Source of the DNA: a virus | Virus record (IMG/VR): IMGVR_UViG_3300026320_000002 | Length of the DNA stretch: 52,354 nucleotides | Direction: 5' to 3' (one strand) | Shown here: positions 1 to 8,829 of the stretch, piece after piece | Position numbering within the stretch: position 1 is the first letter of the stretch | How the letters are laid out: the number at the start of each line of letters is the position of its first letter | The notes under the pieces: model-generated | Database searches by the model: none | What the model was told of the DNA's origin: nothing | Seen by the model: only the letters and a program-made list of their open reading frames with translations | Position numbers and translations under genes: made by a program

Positions 1-127
1 CCCGCGCACTCAGCCGCTCCCGAAGGTCCCACCGATGCCCGACCAGCTGGCCCTTGACCAGGCGGCCCAGCGCAAGGCGGCCCTCGAGGCGTCCAGGCAG
101 ACGGGCCGGGCGAGCACGATCCTCTCC
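1..127. repeat. Terminal direct overlap, copy 1. Identical to 52228-52354, consistent with a circular-assembly overlap or terminal redundancy.
   Basis: The string cccgcgcactcagccgctcccgaagg...gggcgagcacgatcctctcc is present at both window ends in the same orientation. Confidence 0.95.
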
Positions 128-163
128 TCTGGCACGGATACGGGGGATCGCTTAGGCCCATGA
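2..163 (+). CDS. 3' portion of the junction-spanning small ORF. It is the same gene as 52130..52354 and gives 86 aa once the circle is closed.
   Basis: The frame continues from 52354 into 128..163 (SGTDTGDRLGP*). Its stop TGA at 161-163 overlaps the portal ATG at 160-162 (ATGA). Confidence 0.55.
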   Translation, partial: PRTQPLPKVPPMPDQLALDQAAQRKAALEASRQTGRASTILSSGTDTGDRLGP

Positions 164-1818
164 GCGAGCCGATCGACACGCTGGTCAAGCGCGCCGAGTT
201 CCTCTTCGGCAAGCGCCGCCCGTTGCTGCCCTTCTGGCAGGAGATCTCGGAAAACTTCCTGCCGATGCGCGCGCAGTTCACGCGCCAGTTCTACCTCTCC
301 GAGCAGTTCGCCGATCGGATCCTCACCAGCTACCCGCTCATGGTGCAGCGAGATCTCGGTAATGCGATCAGCGCCATGCTCCGGCCCCGCGAGCAGGAGT
401 GGTTCCAGGCGCGGATTGAGGGCTGGGAGTCGCTCGACAAGACGAGCAAGGCCTGGCTCCAGTGGGCGACCGGGGTGCAAAAGCGCGCCATGTACGATCG
501 GCACAGCCAGTTCGTGCGCGCCACGCGGGAAGGGGACCAGGATTACGCCGCCTTCGGGCAGACCGCGATCACCCGCGAGATGGACATGGCCGAGCGCCGG
601 CTGCTGTATCGGTGCTGGCACCTGAAGGACACGGTCTGGGCCGAGACCTACAACGGCTCGATCGGGGAGATCTATCGGTACTGGTACCCCACGCGCCAGG
701 AGGTCTGCAAGCTCTTTCCCAAGACGGTCTCCCCGAACGTCAAGAGCCAGCTCGCCAACGATCCGCACGTGGAAGTGAAGTGCATGCACGTGGTGGTCTC
801 GGGCGAGGATTACGATCGGGTGCCGCTGCCTGGCGGAGACAAGCCCCCGAAGTACCGCACGCCCTGGGTGAGCTGCTACATCGACGTCGAAAACAAGGTG
901 GTGCTGCAGGAGAACGCCAGCTACTCGCGCATCTACACCCTCCCTCGCTGGGCCACGGTTTCAGGCTCCGCCTTCGCCTATTCGCCGGCAGCAGTGGCGG
1001 GGCTTCCGGACGGTCGGCTTCTCCAAGCCATGACGCTTACGCTCATGGAGGCCGGCGAAATGTCCGTCCGCCCGCCACTCGTGGCCGCCCAGGATGTGGT
1101 CCGATCCGATGTGTCGATCTACGCCGGGGGGATCACCTGGGTGGACGCGGAGTACGACGAGCGCCTCGGCGAGGCCCTCCGGCCGCTGATCACCACCAGC
1201 GGGGAGGGGCTGAAGCACGGGTTCGAGATGATCAAGGACGCGCGCGAGCAGCTCGCCGAAGCCTTCTACCTCAACAAGCTCGCCCTCCCCCCGCCCGATC
1301 GGGACATGACCGCCTACGAGACCGGCCAGCGCATCCAGGAGTGGATCCGCCAGGCGCTCCCGCTCTTCGAGCCCATGGAGGTCGAATACAACGGCGTGCT
1401 GTGCGATGACACCTTCGAGGCCTTGATGCGCGTGGGGGCGTTTGGCTCCCAGGCCGACATCCCGAGCCCCCTGCGTGGCAAGCAGGTGAAGTTCACCTTC
1501 GAGTCACCGCTCCACCAGGCCACCGATCGGAAGAAAGGGGCGCTGTTCCTCCAGGCCGGCCAGATGCTGACCGAGGCCATGCAGCTCGATCCGACCAACG
1601 CCTTCCAGGTCGATGCGGTCACCGCGCTCCGCGACGCGCTCGAGGGCATCGGGGTGCCGGCCACCTGGATGCGCGATCCGAAGGTCGCCCAGCAGATGGC
1701 CGATGCCAAGGCCAAGCAGGATGCGATCGCGCACGGCACCAACACCGTGCTCGCTGGCGCGCAGGCCGCCCAGGCGCTCGGGGAAGCCTCCAAGACCCTC
1801 GGCGGTGCGCCGGCGTGA
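160..1818 (+). CDS. Portal (head-to-tail connector) protein, podovirus type
   Basis: 552 aa with very high GC3. The N-terminus LFGKRRPLLPFWQEISENFLP...LRPREQEWF resembles T7-group connector proteins. It lies downstream of terL and heads the structural block. Confidence 0.8.
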   Translation: MSEPIDTLVKRAEFLFGKRRPLLPFWQEISENFLPMRAQFTRQFYLSEQFADRILTSYPLMVQRDLGNAISAMLRPREQEWFQARIEGWESLDKTSKAWLQWATGVQKRAMYDRHSQFVRATREGDQDYAAFGQTAITREMDMAERRLLYRCWHLKDTVWAETYNGSIGEIYRYWYPTRQEVCKLFPKTVSPNVKSQLANDPHVEVKCMHVVVSGEDYDRVPLPGGDKPPKYRTPWVSCYIDVENKVVLQENASYSRIYTLPRWATVSGSAFAYSPAAVAGLPDGRLLQAMTLTLMEAGEMSVRPPLVAAQDVVRSDVSIYAGGITWVDAEYDERLGEALRPLITTSGEGLKHGFEMIKDAREQLAEAFYLNKLALPPPDRDMTAYETGQRIQEWIRQALPLFEPMEVEYNGVLCDDTFEALMRVGAFGSQADIPSPLRGKQVKFTFESPLHQATDRKKGALFLQAGQMLTEAMQLDPTNAFQVDAVTALRDALEGIGVPATWMRDPKVAQQMADAKAKQDAIAHGTNTVLAGAQAAQALGEASKTLGGAPA

Positions 1819-2765
1819 GCAGCCTCATCTCCTACCTGCGCACCGCCCTGAATCGCAAGATCGGGGTCGACAAGGACGGCAACGTCGTGATGGACGGCCG
1901 GGTGATCTACTACGGCCAGGGGACCGGCCAGGGGGCACCGGGCGTTCACACGTTCAACGATCCGGATGCACTGCCCCCGATCGTGCTGGAGCAGGACGCG
2001 GGCGAGGATCACATGATGTGGCCGCCGGGCACCTCAACACCCGGGAGCGGCACGCCCGGCGCCACCGGCGCTGCAGGACCAGCCGGCCCACCGCTGATGT
2101 TCGAGGCGGAAGCGCCCGAAGATCCACCCCCGCCGGTGCCAGGCGCCCAGGGGCCCAGCGGCAACCCAGGTGCTGCCGGCGCCGCGGGCATCCCAGGGCC
2201 GGCGCTCGTGTTCGAGATGGAAGCACCCGAGGACCCGCCCTCGTTCGTGCCTGGCCCGCAAGGGGTCCAGGGATCCACGGGCGCCACCGGTCCGGCTGGC
2301 CCTGCCGGTCCCGCGCTGGTATTCGAAGCTGAATCCCCCGAAGACCCTCCGGCCCTCGTCCCCGGGCCGCAGGGCATCCAGGGATCCACGGGCGGGGTAG
2401 GTCCAGCGGGCTCCACGGGCCCCCCGATCTATCTGGAAGCGGAAGCCGGAGAGGACGGGCCGCCAGGACCCCCTGGTGCAGCGGGCAGCTCCGTGGCAGG
2501 CGCAGCGAGCGTGACGCAGGCCACCGTGACACTTCCCGCGCCGGCGAGCCTCGCTCAGTCGGTTGTGATCACCGACGCGGCGGTGAGCCCGAGCTCGAAG
2601 ATCCTGATCAGCCTTGCCGGCATGGCCGCCGGCTCGCAGAACGAGGTAGAAGATTTGGAGCTGCTCGGGCTGGCCGCGCTCCCCGGCTCCGGCTCTTTCA
2701 CCCTGCAGGCCGCCTTCGCCCACCCCGTCACCGGGCCGATCGTCGTCAACTACATGGTGGGCTGA
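1815..2765 (+). CDS. Collagen-like repeat protein, a putative head or tail fibre component
   Basis: The GTG start overlaps the portal stop (GTGA). Runs of G-X-Y triplets are interrupted by repeated LVFEAEAPEDPP motifs. The C-terminal ~90 aa are non-repetitive. Confidence 0.75.
   Translation: MSSLISYLRTALNRKIGVDKDGNVVMDGRVIYYGQGTGQGAPGVHTFNDPDALPPIVLEQDAGEDHMMWPPGTSTPGSGTPGATGAAGPAGPPLMFEAEAPEDPPPPVPGAQGPSGNPGAAGAAGIPGPALVFEMEAPEDPPSFVPGPQGVQGSTGATGPAGPAGPALVFEAESPEDPPALVPGPQGIQGSTGGVGPAGSTGPPIYLEAEAGEDGPPGPPGAAGSSVAGAASVTQATVTLPAPASLAQSVVITDAAVSPSSKILISLAGMAAGSQNEVEDLELLGLAALPGSGSFTLQAAFAHPVTGPIVVNYMVG
1980..2490 (+). repeat. About 4.5 tandem coding repeats of ~37 aa (111 nt) inside the collagen-like gene
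   Basis: Units: IVLEQDAGED...GPAGPP / LMFEAEAPEDPPPPVPGAQGPSGNPGAAGAAGIPGPA / LVFEMEAPEDPPSFVPGPQGVQGSTGATGPAGPAGPA / LVFEAESPEDPPALVPGPQGIQGSTGGVGPAGSTGPP / IYLEAEAGEDGPPGPPGAAG. Confidence 0.8.
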
Positions 2766-2766
2766 C

Positions 2767-3738
2767 ATGTCATACCTGGTCGACGTCAATGGCAACCCGT
2801 TCCTCACGGATGTCTCGCTCCTCAACCAATCGGTGGGAGCGCTCAACGCGGCCGTGACCGCAACGCTGCGCGGCCAGGCGAGCGCGACTGTGCAGGTGAC
2901 CGGCATCGGCTCCCTCACCCTCACCTTCGAGGGCTCCACGGATGGGGTGAACTTCGATGCGATCCTCGCCACCCCGATCGCGGGAGGCGCGACCACCAGC
3001 AGCACGAGTGCGAACGGGCACTGGATCAACATCAACATCTCCGGCCTTTCGAGCTTCCGCGTGCGCTGCTCGGCCTTCACCTCCGGCACCGCCACGGTCA
3101 GCGTGGTGTGTTCCCAGGGCGGTGCGGGACCTAACTTCTCGGGCGCCGGGGCGGTCAAGGTCGATCTGTTCTCCACGGCGAACGTGGCCCTCGTCACCGC
3201 CTCGGCCGGCATCCCGAAGGTCGGCGTCGTGGGTAACGCCGGCGCCGCGGCCATCTTCGATGGAGCGACCGCGGCGGCCGTGCCCGCCAATGCGCTGCTG
3301 GCGGGCGGGCGCGCTCAGAACGCGAATCCCACCGCGGTTACGAACGGCCAGATGGTGGCACTTGCCACCGACCTGGCCGGTAAGCTGATCACCACCCCGC
3401 TCGCCTACCGGACGCTCTTTGGCCAGCAGGCGACCACCATCAGCGCCACCGGCGCGACGACCATTGTCACGGCGGGCGCGGCCAGCGTGTTCCGGGATCT
3501 CGTCTCCCTGATCATCACCACCGCGGGCCTGGCGGCTCAGACGATCACGATCTCGGATGGGACGCTGTCCTGGATCATCGATTTTCCGGACGCCGCGGTG
3601 GCTCCTGCCGGTGCCTTTGTGGTGGTCTTCGGGGACACACCGCTCCGCGCCAACGCCGCCGCGACCGCCTGGACGGCGAACCAGAGCCTCGCCACGGCCT
3701 GCCACTACCTTGCTCAATACGTCGAACGATTGGCCTAA
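2767..3738 (+). CDS. Hypothetical virion-associated protein. Its N-terminal beta-sandwich-like domain is paralogous to the 48489..48848 product.
   Basis: 323 aa, rich in Ala/Thr/Gly/Ser, high GC3, ATG 1 nt after the upstream stop. TFEGSTDGVNFDAILATPIAGGATTSS...FRVRCSAFTSGTATVSVVCS aligns by eye with SLDGTNYDAPLSLDDLGATTSAP...FLRVRQNGATAATGVTLLCA. Confidence 0.6.
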   Translation: MSYLVDVNGNPFLTDVSLLNQSVGALNAAVTATLRGQASATVQVTGIGSLTLTFEGSTDGVNFDAILATPIAGGATTSSTSANGHWININISGLSSFRVRCSAFTSGTATVSVVCSQGGAGPNFSGAGAVKVDLFSTANVALVTASAGIPKVGVVGNAGAAAIFDGATAAAVPANALLAGGRAQNANPTAVTNGQMVALATDLAGKLITTPLAYRTLFGQQATTISATGATTIVTAGAASVFRDLVSLIITTAGLAAQTITISDGTLSWIIDFPDAAVAPAGAFVVVFGDTPLRANAAATAWTANQSLATACHYLAQYVERLA

Positions 3739-3757
3739 CTGAAAGGATATTGCACCC

Positions 3758-4129
3758 ATGCAGAACCGACCGCTTCGCTTCGGGCCCGTCGCACTGAGCA
3801 ACACGCTCACGACGAACATCCTCAACTGCAACGTGACCAGCCTGGCTGGCCCGGTCGGCTTCACCCTCACGCAGCCCTACCTGCTGATCACTCATATGCG
3901 CGCGGTCAACAAGACCGGCTCGCCGGTCACGGTGAGCCTGTGGATCGGCGCTACCGGTGGCAACGCGGCGGGCACGGAGTTCGCCTGGCAGGCGACCAGT
4001 ATCCCGGCCAATAGCTACATCGACTGGTACGGGCGCTTGCGCCTCGATGCCGCGGACTTCCTGGTCGGCGGTGCGGGCACCGCGACGGCCGCCTCGATCC
4101 AGGGTGAAGGTGAGATCGGAATCTCGTAA
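3758..4129 (+). CDS. Hypothetical protein (structural block)
   Basis: 123 aa with ATG preceded by aaagga and high GC3. No recognisable motif. Confidence 0.6.
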   Translation: MQNRPLRFGPVALSNTLTTNILNCNVTSLAGPVGFTLTQPYLLITHMRAVNKTGSPVTVSLWIGATGGNAAGTEFAWQATSIPANSYIDWYGRLRLDAADFLVGGAGTATAASIQGEGEIGIS

Positions 4130-4138
4130 GGAGCGCTC

Positions 4139-4966
4139 ATGCCTACTCAAATCCTCCGCAATATCATGGGGCGGCTCCTCGGCCTGGGGCCGAACCACGA
4201 ACTGATCATGGCGGGCAGCAAGATCCTCTATGGCCACGGCTCGAACCTGGACGCGCAGGTGGACCTGGTCTCCGCTGTCCAGTGCCTGCTCCAGTGCGCG
4301 ATCCCCTTCATCTCTCCCTCGAGCGGGACGATGGGCAACAACGGGGCGCTCTCGGGAATCACGGCGCTCCGCCAGACCTATCCGGCCGCCTGGTTCGTGG
4401 TGCCGGCGAACTACATTTTTGCCGGCTCACTGGCCGGGACGTACTTCGGGATCTGCTCCTCGACCACCGCGGCCCAGCTCTTTGCGACCTCACCCACCAT
4501 CGTGGGTAACCAGATCCCGATCCCGACGAACCCCACCCCGTTCGTGTCCACCGGACCCGGTGCGGTCAGCCAGGTGACGGGCGCCAATGTGGCCGCGCTG
4601 GTGCTCTCGCTCCCGGGCGCTTCGATGGGCGCTCACGGCACCATTCGGATGAAGGGGCTGTTCACCAACAACAACAGCGCCGGCTCGAAGCTCGGGCAGA
4701 TGGGCTTCGGGTCCACGACCATTGCGGGCGCCTCGAATACGACCAACATCAGCCAGCCGGTCGATCACGAGATCAGGAACCGCGGGGTGCAAAACTCCCA
4801 GGTCAACGAGGCCGGCAGCGGCTACGTGGTGACCGCCGGCGCGCCGAACGAGGGTGCTGTGGATACGAGCGCGGCGGTGAACCTGGTCTTCTTCGAGCAG
4901 CTCGCCGTGGCCACCGACACCTGTCAGTGGGACTCGATCCGCATCGATCTGCTGCGCTCCCCGTAA
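4139..4966 (+). CDS. Hypothetical protein (structural block)
   Basis: 275 aa with a strong SD (taaggagcgctcATG) and high GC3. Confidence 0.65.
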   Translation: MPTQILRNIMGRLLGLGPNHELIMAGSKILYGHGSNLDAQVDLVSAVQCLLQCAIPFISPSSGTMGNNGALSGITALRQTYPAAWFVVPANYIFAGSLAGTYFGICSSTTAAQLFATSPTIVGNQIPIPTNPTPFVSTGPGAVSQVTGANVAALVLSLPGASMGAHGTIRMKGLFTNNNSAGSKLGQMGFGSTTIAGASNTTNISQPVDHEIRNRGVQNSQVNEAGSGYVVTAGAPNEGAVDTSAAVNLVFFEQLAVATDTCQWDSIRIDLLRSP

Positions 4967-4967
4967 G

Positions 4968-5315
4968 GTGGCCAGTGCAGGCAAGCGCGGCAGGGCTCCA
5001 GGGACTCCGAAAGCGGAGCCCTGGAAGCCGCCCGAGTATCGGATCGAGGACGCCTCGGCGCTCCAGCAGATCGCTTGCGGCACGGCAAGCGAGGCGCAGC
5101 AGCGCAATGGGTTCCGCTTTCTGGTCGAGATCCTCTGCGCGACGTATGATCTTTCGTATCGCAGCTCGAGCGCACTCGATACGGCGTTCGCGGAAGGCAA
5201 GCGCTTCGTGGGATTGCAATGTGTGAAGTTCGCAAATCTGAACCTGGCTGCGCTGCGCGGCCGGCAAACCGAACAGGGGAGCGCCCCGGAACCGAGGGAG
5301 AGGGAGAATGGCTGA
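4968..5315 (+). CDS. Hypothetical protein upstream of the scaffold gene
   Basis: 115 aa with a GTG start 1 nt after the upstream stop and moderately high GC3. The 3' end overlaps the scaffold start by 8 nt. Confidence 0.5.
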   Translation: MASAGKRGRAPGTPKAEPWKPPEYRIEDASALQQIACGTASEAQQRNGFRFLVEILCATYDLSYRSSSALDTAFAEGKRFVGLQCVKFANLNLAALRGRQTEQGSAPEPRERENG

Positions 5316-6477
5316 GGACAAAGGGGCAGGAGCAGGTGCCGGAGCGGGCGGCGGTGCTGGTGCTGGCGCCGGCGCTGGCGGCGCTGGTGGTGCAGGAGCT
5401 GGGGCCGGCGCCGGAGGTGGTGGTGGCACAGATGCTGCCGCCGTAGCGGCCGCCGCGGCTGCAGCTGCAGCGGCTGCTGCCGCAGCGGGCGGCGGTGCTG
5501 GTGCTGGCGCCGGCGCTGGCGGCGCTGGTGGTGCAGGAGCTGGGGCCGGCGCCGGAGGTGGTGGTGGCACAGATGCTGCCGCCGTAGCGGCCGCCGCGGC
5601 AGCAGCTGCAGCGGCTGCTGCCGCAGCGGGCGGTGGTGGCGGAGCCGGTGATGGGGCGGCTAAGCCCGGGGCGGGTGCCGCCTGGGCGGAGAACTGGCGC
5701 GAGACCTACTCCGGCACCGATGAGAAGAAGCTCGCCGCCCTGAAGCGTTACGCCTCCCCGAGCGATGCGCTCAACGCGCTCTTTGCCGCCCAGTCACGCA
5801 TCAGCGCCGGGGAGATCAAGAACCCGCTCCCGGCCAACGCCACGGCTGAGCAGCTGGCTGAATGGCGCAAGGAGCAGGGGATCCCCGCCACCGCGGCCGA
5901 GTACCTCGCGAACTTGCCCGCCGATGTGAAGGTCGAGGGGCACAACCAAGCGATGGCCGCAGCGCTGGTGGAGCGCATGCACAAGGTGAACGCCCCACCG
6001 GCCGCGGTCCAGGAGGGCCTGCGCTTCGTCACGGACTGGCAGGCCCAGGTGATCGAGAAGCGCCTGGAAGCCGATGAGACATTGCGCGGCAGCACCGAGG
6101 AGGCGCTGCGCGCGGAGTGGGGGAGTGAGTACAAGGCGAACCGCAACAACATCCTGTCTCTGATCTCCACCGCCCCGGAGGAGGTCGGAGAGGCGCTGCT
6201 CAATTCGCGCATGCCCGATGGCACGCCCTTCGTGGGGACGCCGGCCGCGGTCAAGTGGCTCGCCCACCTGGCGCGCCAGATCAATCCCTTCGGAGCGGTG
6301 ATCCCAGGGGCGGGAGCGGGCACGCCGATGGGCAACGTGGATGGGCGGATCGCGGAGATCGAGAAGTTCATGCACACTAACAACTCGGCCTACGTGAAAG
6401 ACGAGAAGATGCAGAAGGAATACAGGGATCTACTCGATGCCCAAGCCAACCTCAAGCAGCGCGGCGCCGCCGCGTAG
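5308..6477 (+). CDS. Putative capsid scaffolding protein with a low-complexity Gly/Ala N-terminus
   Basis: 389 aa with SD gggagagggagaATG. It sits between portal and major capsid as in T7-like order. The C-terminal two-thirds look helical and charged, and the N-terminal ~110 aa are poly-Gly/Ala. Confidence 0.6.
   Translation: MAEDKGAGAGAGAGGGAGAGAGAGGAGGAGAGAGAGGGGGTDAAAVAAAAAAAAAAAAAAGGGAGAGAGAGGAGGAGAGAGAGGGGGTDAAAVAAAAAAAAAAAAAAGGGGGAGDGAAKPGAGAAWAENWRETYSGTDEKKLAALKRYASPSDALNALFAAQSRISAGEIKNPLPANATAEQLAEWRKEQGIPATAAEYLANLPADVKVEGHNQAMAAALVERMHKVNAPPAAVQEGLRFVTDWQAQVIEKRLEADETLRGSTEEALRAEWGSEYKANRNNILSLISTAPEEVGEALLNSRMPDGTPFVGTPAAVKWLAHLARQINPFGAVIPGAGAGTPMGNVDGRIAEIEKFMHTNNSAYVKDEKMQKEYRDLLDAQANLKQRGAAA
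5344..5625 (+). repeat. Near-perfect 141-bp tandem duplication (2 copies, 5344-5484 and 5485-5625, plus the first bases of a third)
   Basis: gcgggcggcggtgctggtgctggcgccggc...gcagcggctgctgccgca recurs with a period of 141 nt (47 aa). I saw one mismatch (gcggctgcagct versus gcggcagcagct). Confidence 0.9.
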
Positions 6478-6489
6478 GAAGTACACCCC

Positions 6490-6669
6490 ATGGCCAAGCA
6501 CTGGATCGCGGACGCGGTCGGCTCCAACAAAGGAGCGCTCCACCGACAGCTCGGAATCCCCGAGGGTCAAAAAATCCCTGCTGCCAAGCTCTCCGCCGCC
6601 GCCAGCAAGGGAGGGCTCCTGGGGAAGCGCGCGCGGGTGGCCCAGACGCTGAGCACGCTGCGCGGCTGA
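6490..6669 (+). CDS. Small conserved basic protein (59 aa), below the ORF-track cutoff
   Basis: MAKHWIADAVGSNKGALHRQLGIPEGQKIPAAKLSAAASKGGLLGKRARVAQTLSTLRG. From memory this resembles a small protein family widespread in phages. The stop overlaps the next ATG. Confidence 0.55.
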   Translation: MAKHWIADAVGSNKGALHRQLGIPEGQKIPAAKLSAAASKGGLLGKRARVAQTLSTLRG

Positions 6670-6851
6670 TGCCCCTCGCTCCCGGTAGCTCGAGGGCGGT
6701 GATCGGCTCGAACATCGCCGAGATGGAGCGCTCGGGCTACCCCTCGCGCGTGGCGATCGCCGCCTCGCTACGCAACGCCGGCAAGGGGAAATCCAAACGC
6801 GCCCCCATCCGGACCGTGCTCACTGAGGATAAGGTGCCGGGCACGGGCTGA
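6669..6851 (+). CDS. Small basic protein (60 aa)
   Basis: MPLAPGSSRAVIGSNIAEMERSGYPSRVAIAASLRNAGKGKSK. The ATG overlaps the upstream TGA. Confidence 0.5.
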   Translation: MPLAPGSSRAVIGSNIAEMERSGYPSRVAIAASLRNAGKGKSKRAPIRTVLTEDKVPGTG

Positions 6852-6872
6852 GGATTCTGTGGGGTCAATCAC

Positions 6873-6901
6873 TTGCGCGCCGAGCGCCGCCGCGCTATGG
6901 T
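6873..6901 (+). promoter_or_regulatory. Candidate sigma70-like promoter ahead of the capsid operon (TTGCGC-17-TATGGT)
   Basis: It lies in the 225-bp non-coding gap 6852-7076. The gap also contains the GC palindrome ggaggcgcctcc. Confidence 0.25.
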
Positions 6902-7076
6902 CCGGCGCACACGGACACCCCTCGCGCTCGCGAGGCGCCGTGTGAAGCAGCGCCGAACTGGACGGCACTGAACGAGCGATCGGAGGCGCCTCCCCCAAAG
7001 AGGTCACCCCGCCGGACGCCCCGACAGGAACCCCGGAAAGTGGGCATTCAAGCCACCTTTTTTAGGAGGGTAGTCC

Positions 7077-7922
7077 ATGTCGGACACCGCATTCCAAACC
7101 CAGTACCGCCAGGAGTTCATTGCTCAGTTCGAGCAACGCCAGAGCCTCCTGCGGGACGTGTGCACCACGGAGGCCGTGATCAAGGGCAACACGGCCACCT
7201 TTCTGGTAGCCGGTACCGGCGGCGCAATCGCTGTGACCCGCGGCGTCAACGGCCTCATTCCCGCCCGCGCCGACAACCTGGCCCAGCAGTCCGCAACGCT
7301 GGCCGAGTGGCATGATCTGGTCCGCAAGACCAACTTCAACATCTTCGCGAGCCAGGGCAACCAGCGCGCGATCATGCAGGCCACCACGATGACGGTCGTC
7401 AATCGCAAGATTGACTCCGACATCATCACCTCGCTCGCCACCGGCTCGGTCAACACGGGAGCGGCTGTCACCGCCTCGCTGGGACTGGTCGCCAAGGCGA
7501 AGACGAAGCTCGGGAACGCCGGAGTCCCCTGGGACTCGAACATCACGTTCCTGATCACCCCCGCGTTCGAAGGCTACCTGATGCAGATCACGGAGTTCGC
7601 CTCCCGTCTGTACATCAACAAGCCCCCGAGCGAAGGGGCGGACCTGGCCTGGCGCGACAAGCCCCAGAGCTATATGTGGTACGGGGCACTGTGGATCGTG
7701 CACCCGAACCTGCCCGGTGGGGGAACCGCGGCCGAGACCTGTTTTGCTTTCCACAAGAGCGGTATCGGCCACGCGGTCGACTCTGCCGGCATGGAGAGCC
7801 CCGTCGGTTACGACGAGGAACAGGCGTACAGCTGGGCACGTGCGACGATCAACATGGGTAGCGTTGTTCTCCAGAACAGCGGTATCGTGCTGGTCAACCA
7901 CGACGGCTCGGCCCTGAGCTAA
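7077..7922 (+). CDS. Major capsid protein
   Basis: 281 aa with the strongest SD in the block (taggagggtagtccATG). It follows the scaffold gene and an intrinsic terminator follows after one more gene. The sequence (QTQYRQEFIAQFEQRQSLLR..., NRKIDSDIITSL) resembles podovirus capsid proteins. Confidence 0.75.
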   Translation: MSDTAFQTQYRQEFIAQFEQRQSLLRDVCTTEAVIKGNTATFLVAGTGGAIAVTRGVNGLIPARADNLAQQSATLAEWHDLVRKTNFNIFASQGNQRAIMQATTMTVVNRKIDSDIITSLATGSVNTGAAVTASLGLVAKAKTKLGNAGVPWDSNITFLITPAFEGYLMQITEFASRLYINKPPSEGADLAWRDKPQSYMWYGALWIVHPNLPGGGTAAETCFAFHKSGIGHAVDSAGMESPVGYDEEQAYSWARATINMGSVVLQNSGIVLVNHDGSALS

Positions 7923-7938
7923 CCGGAGGACTGCAATC

Positions 7939-8235
7939 ATGGCTTACCAAGTAGCAAATCCGCCGGTCAAGCTCAGCTGGGGCCCGATCGCCAACTTCAA
8001 CACCACGGAAGCCACCAAGGGACCGCCAAACCTGTGGGGCTACTCCTCGACCGACGCGATAGCGACGGTCAAGGCCGCGAACTACTTCTCGAACGCACAG
8101 CTCCTGGGCATGCGTATCGGGGACGCGGTCCTGATCTTCGACATCACCACGCCGACGATGTCGCTGGCCTTCGTGCAATCGCTGGGCACGGGCAACTCCG
8201 TAACCCTCGATGGAACCCCGCTCACCGCCACCTAA
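7939..8235 (+). CDS. Putative head decoration or cement protein
   Basis: 98 aa, immediately after the capsid gene, with SD ccggagga. It is the last gene before the terminator. Confidence 0.45.
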   Translation: MAYQVANPPVKLSWGPIANFNTTEATKGPPNLWGYSSTDAIATVKAANYFSNAQLLGMRIGDAVLIFDITTPTMSLAFVQSLGTGNSVTLDGTPLTAT

Positions 8236-8271
8236 GTCTTGACAGAGACTGGCTCGCTGACGGAACTTAAA

Positions 8272-8301
8272 GGCCCGGCGCTTCAAGCCCGGGCCTTTTT
8301 T
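8272..8301 (+). terminator. Rho-independent terminator after the capsid/decoration genes
   Basis: GGCCCGG-cgcttcaagc-CCGGGCC followed by TTTTTT. Confidence 0.8.
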
Positions 8302-8318
8302 CTCACCAGGAGACGCCC

Positions 8319-8795
8319 ATGGCCGAGGCCAAAGAACGAGCCGCCCCACCGCCCCTGCACCCCACCCGCAAGCACCTGGCCGAGAGCCAGCGCAACGTGT
8401 GGGACTGCGACATCGAGGTGGGCACGAGCCCCGAAGATCTGCTCAATCCCGCCTACTGGGCACACAACGCGCGCGAGTTTCGGGTCATGGATCGGATCGA
8501 AGCCCACGCCGATGATGGCACCTGGTGGGCCGAGTACCTGGTGCAGGATGCGGGTCTGAACTTCGCCAAGGTAGCGCTCCTGCGCAAGATCGACCTGGCC
8601 GCCATCACCCCGCAAGGCTCCAGCGCGCTGCTCGCCGGGCACGTGGTGGAGTGGGGCGGCAAGCACTCCCAGTTTCGTGTGGTGCGCGAGGTGGACCGGA
8701 AGGTCCTCAAGGAAGGGTGCAAGACCAAGGCCGATGCCTTCGTGTGGCTGGAGAACTACGGGCGCTCGATCGCCGGGACCAGTCAAGCTGCCTGA
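8319..8795 (+). CDS. Hypothetical protein, a single gene bracketed by two terminators
   Basis: 158 aa with SD caggagacgcccATG and high GC3. Confidence 0.65.
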   Translation: MAEAKERAAPPPLHPTRKHLAESQRNVWDCDIEVGTSPEDLLNPAYWAHNAREFRVMDRIEAHADDGTWWAEYLVQDAGLNFAKVALLRKIDLAAITPQGSSALLAGHVVEWGGKHSQFRVVREVDRKVLKEGCKTKADAFVWLENYGRSIAGTSQAA

Positions 8796-8829
8796 AGCCG
8801 ATCCCCTCCTCCGCTGACACCTGTTTCTA

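Noticed and set aside
4803-5570. A 255-aa minus-strand ORF encoding poly-Pro/Ala (PAPAPAPPAPP...).
   Set aside because: It is the mirror image of the Gly/Ala-coding tandem repeat in the scaffold gene. It has no independent start context and overlaps two well-supported plus-strand genes.
5344-5625. The tandem repeat considered as a CRISPR array or satellite.
   Set aside because: There are only two directly abutting copies and no spacers. The repeat is in frame inside a coding gene.
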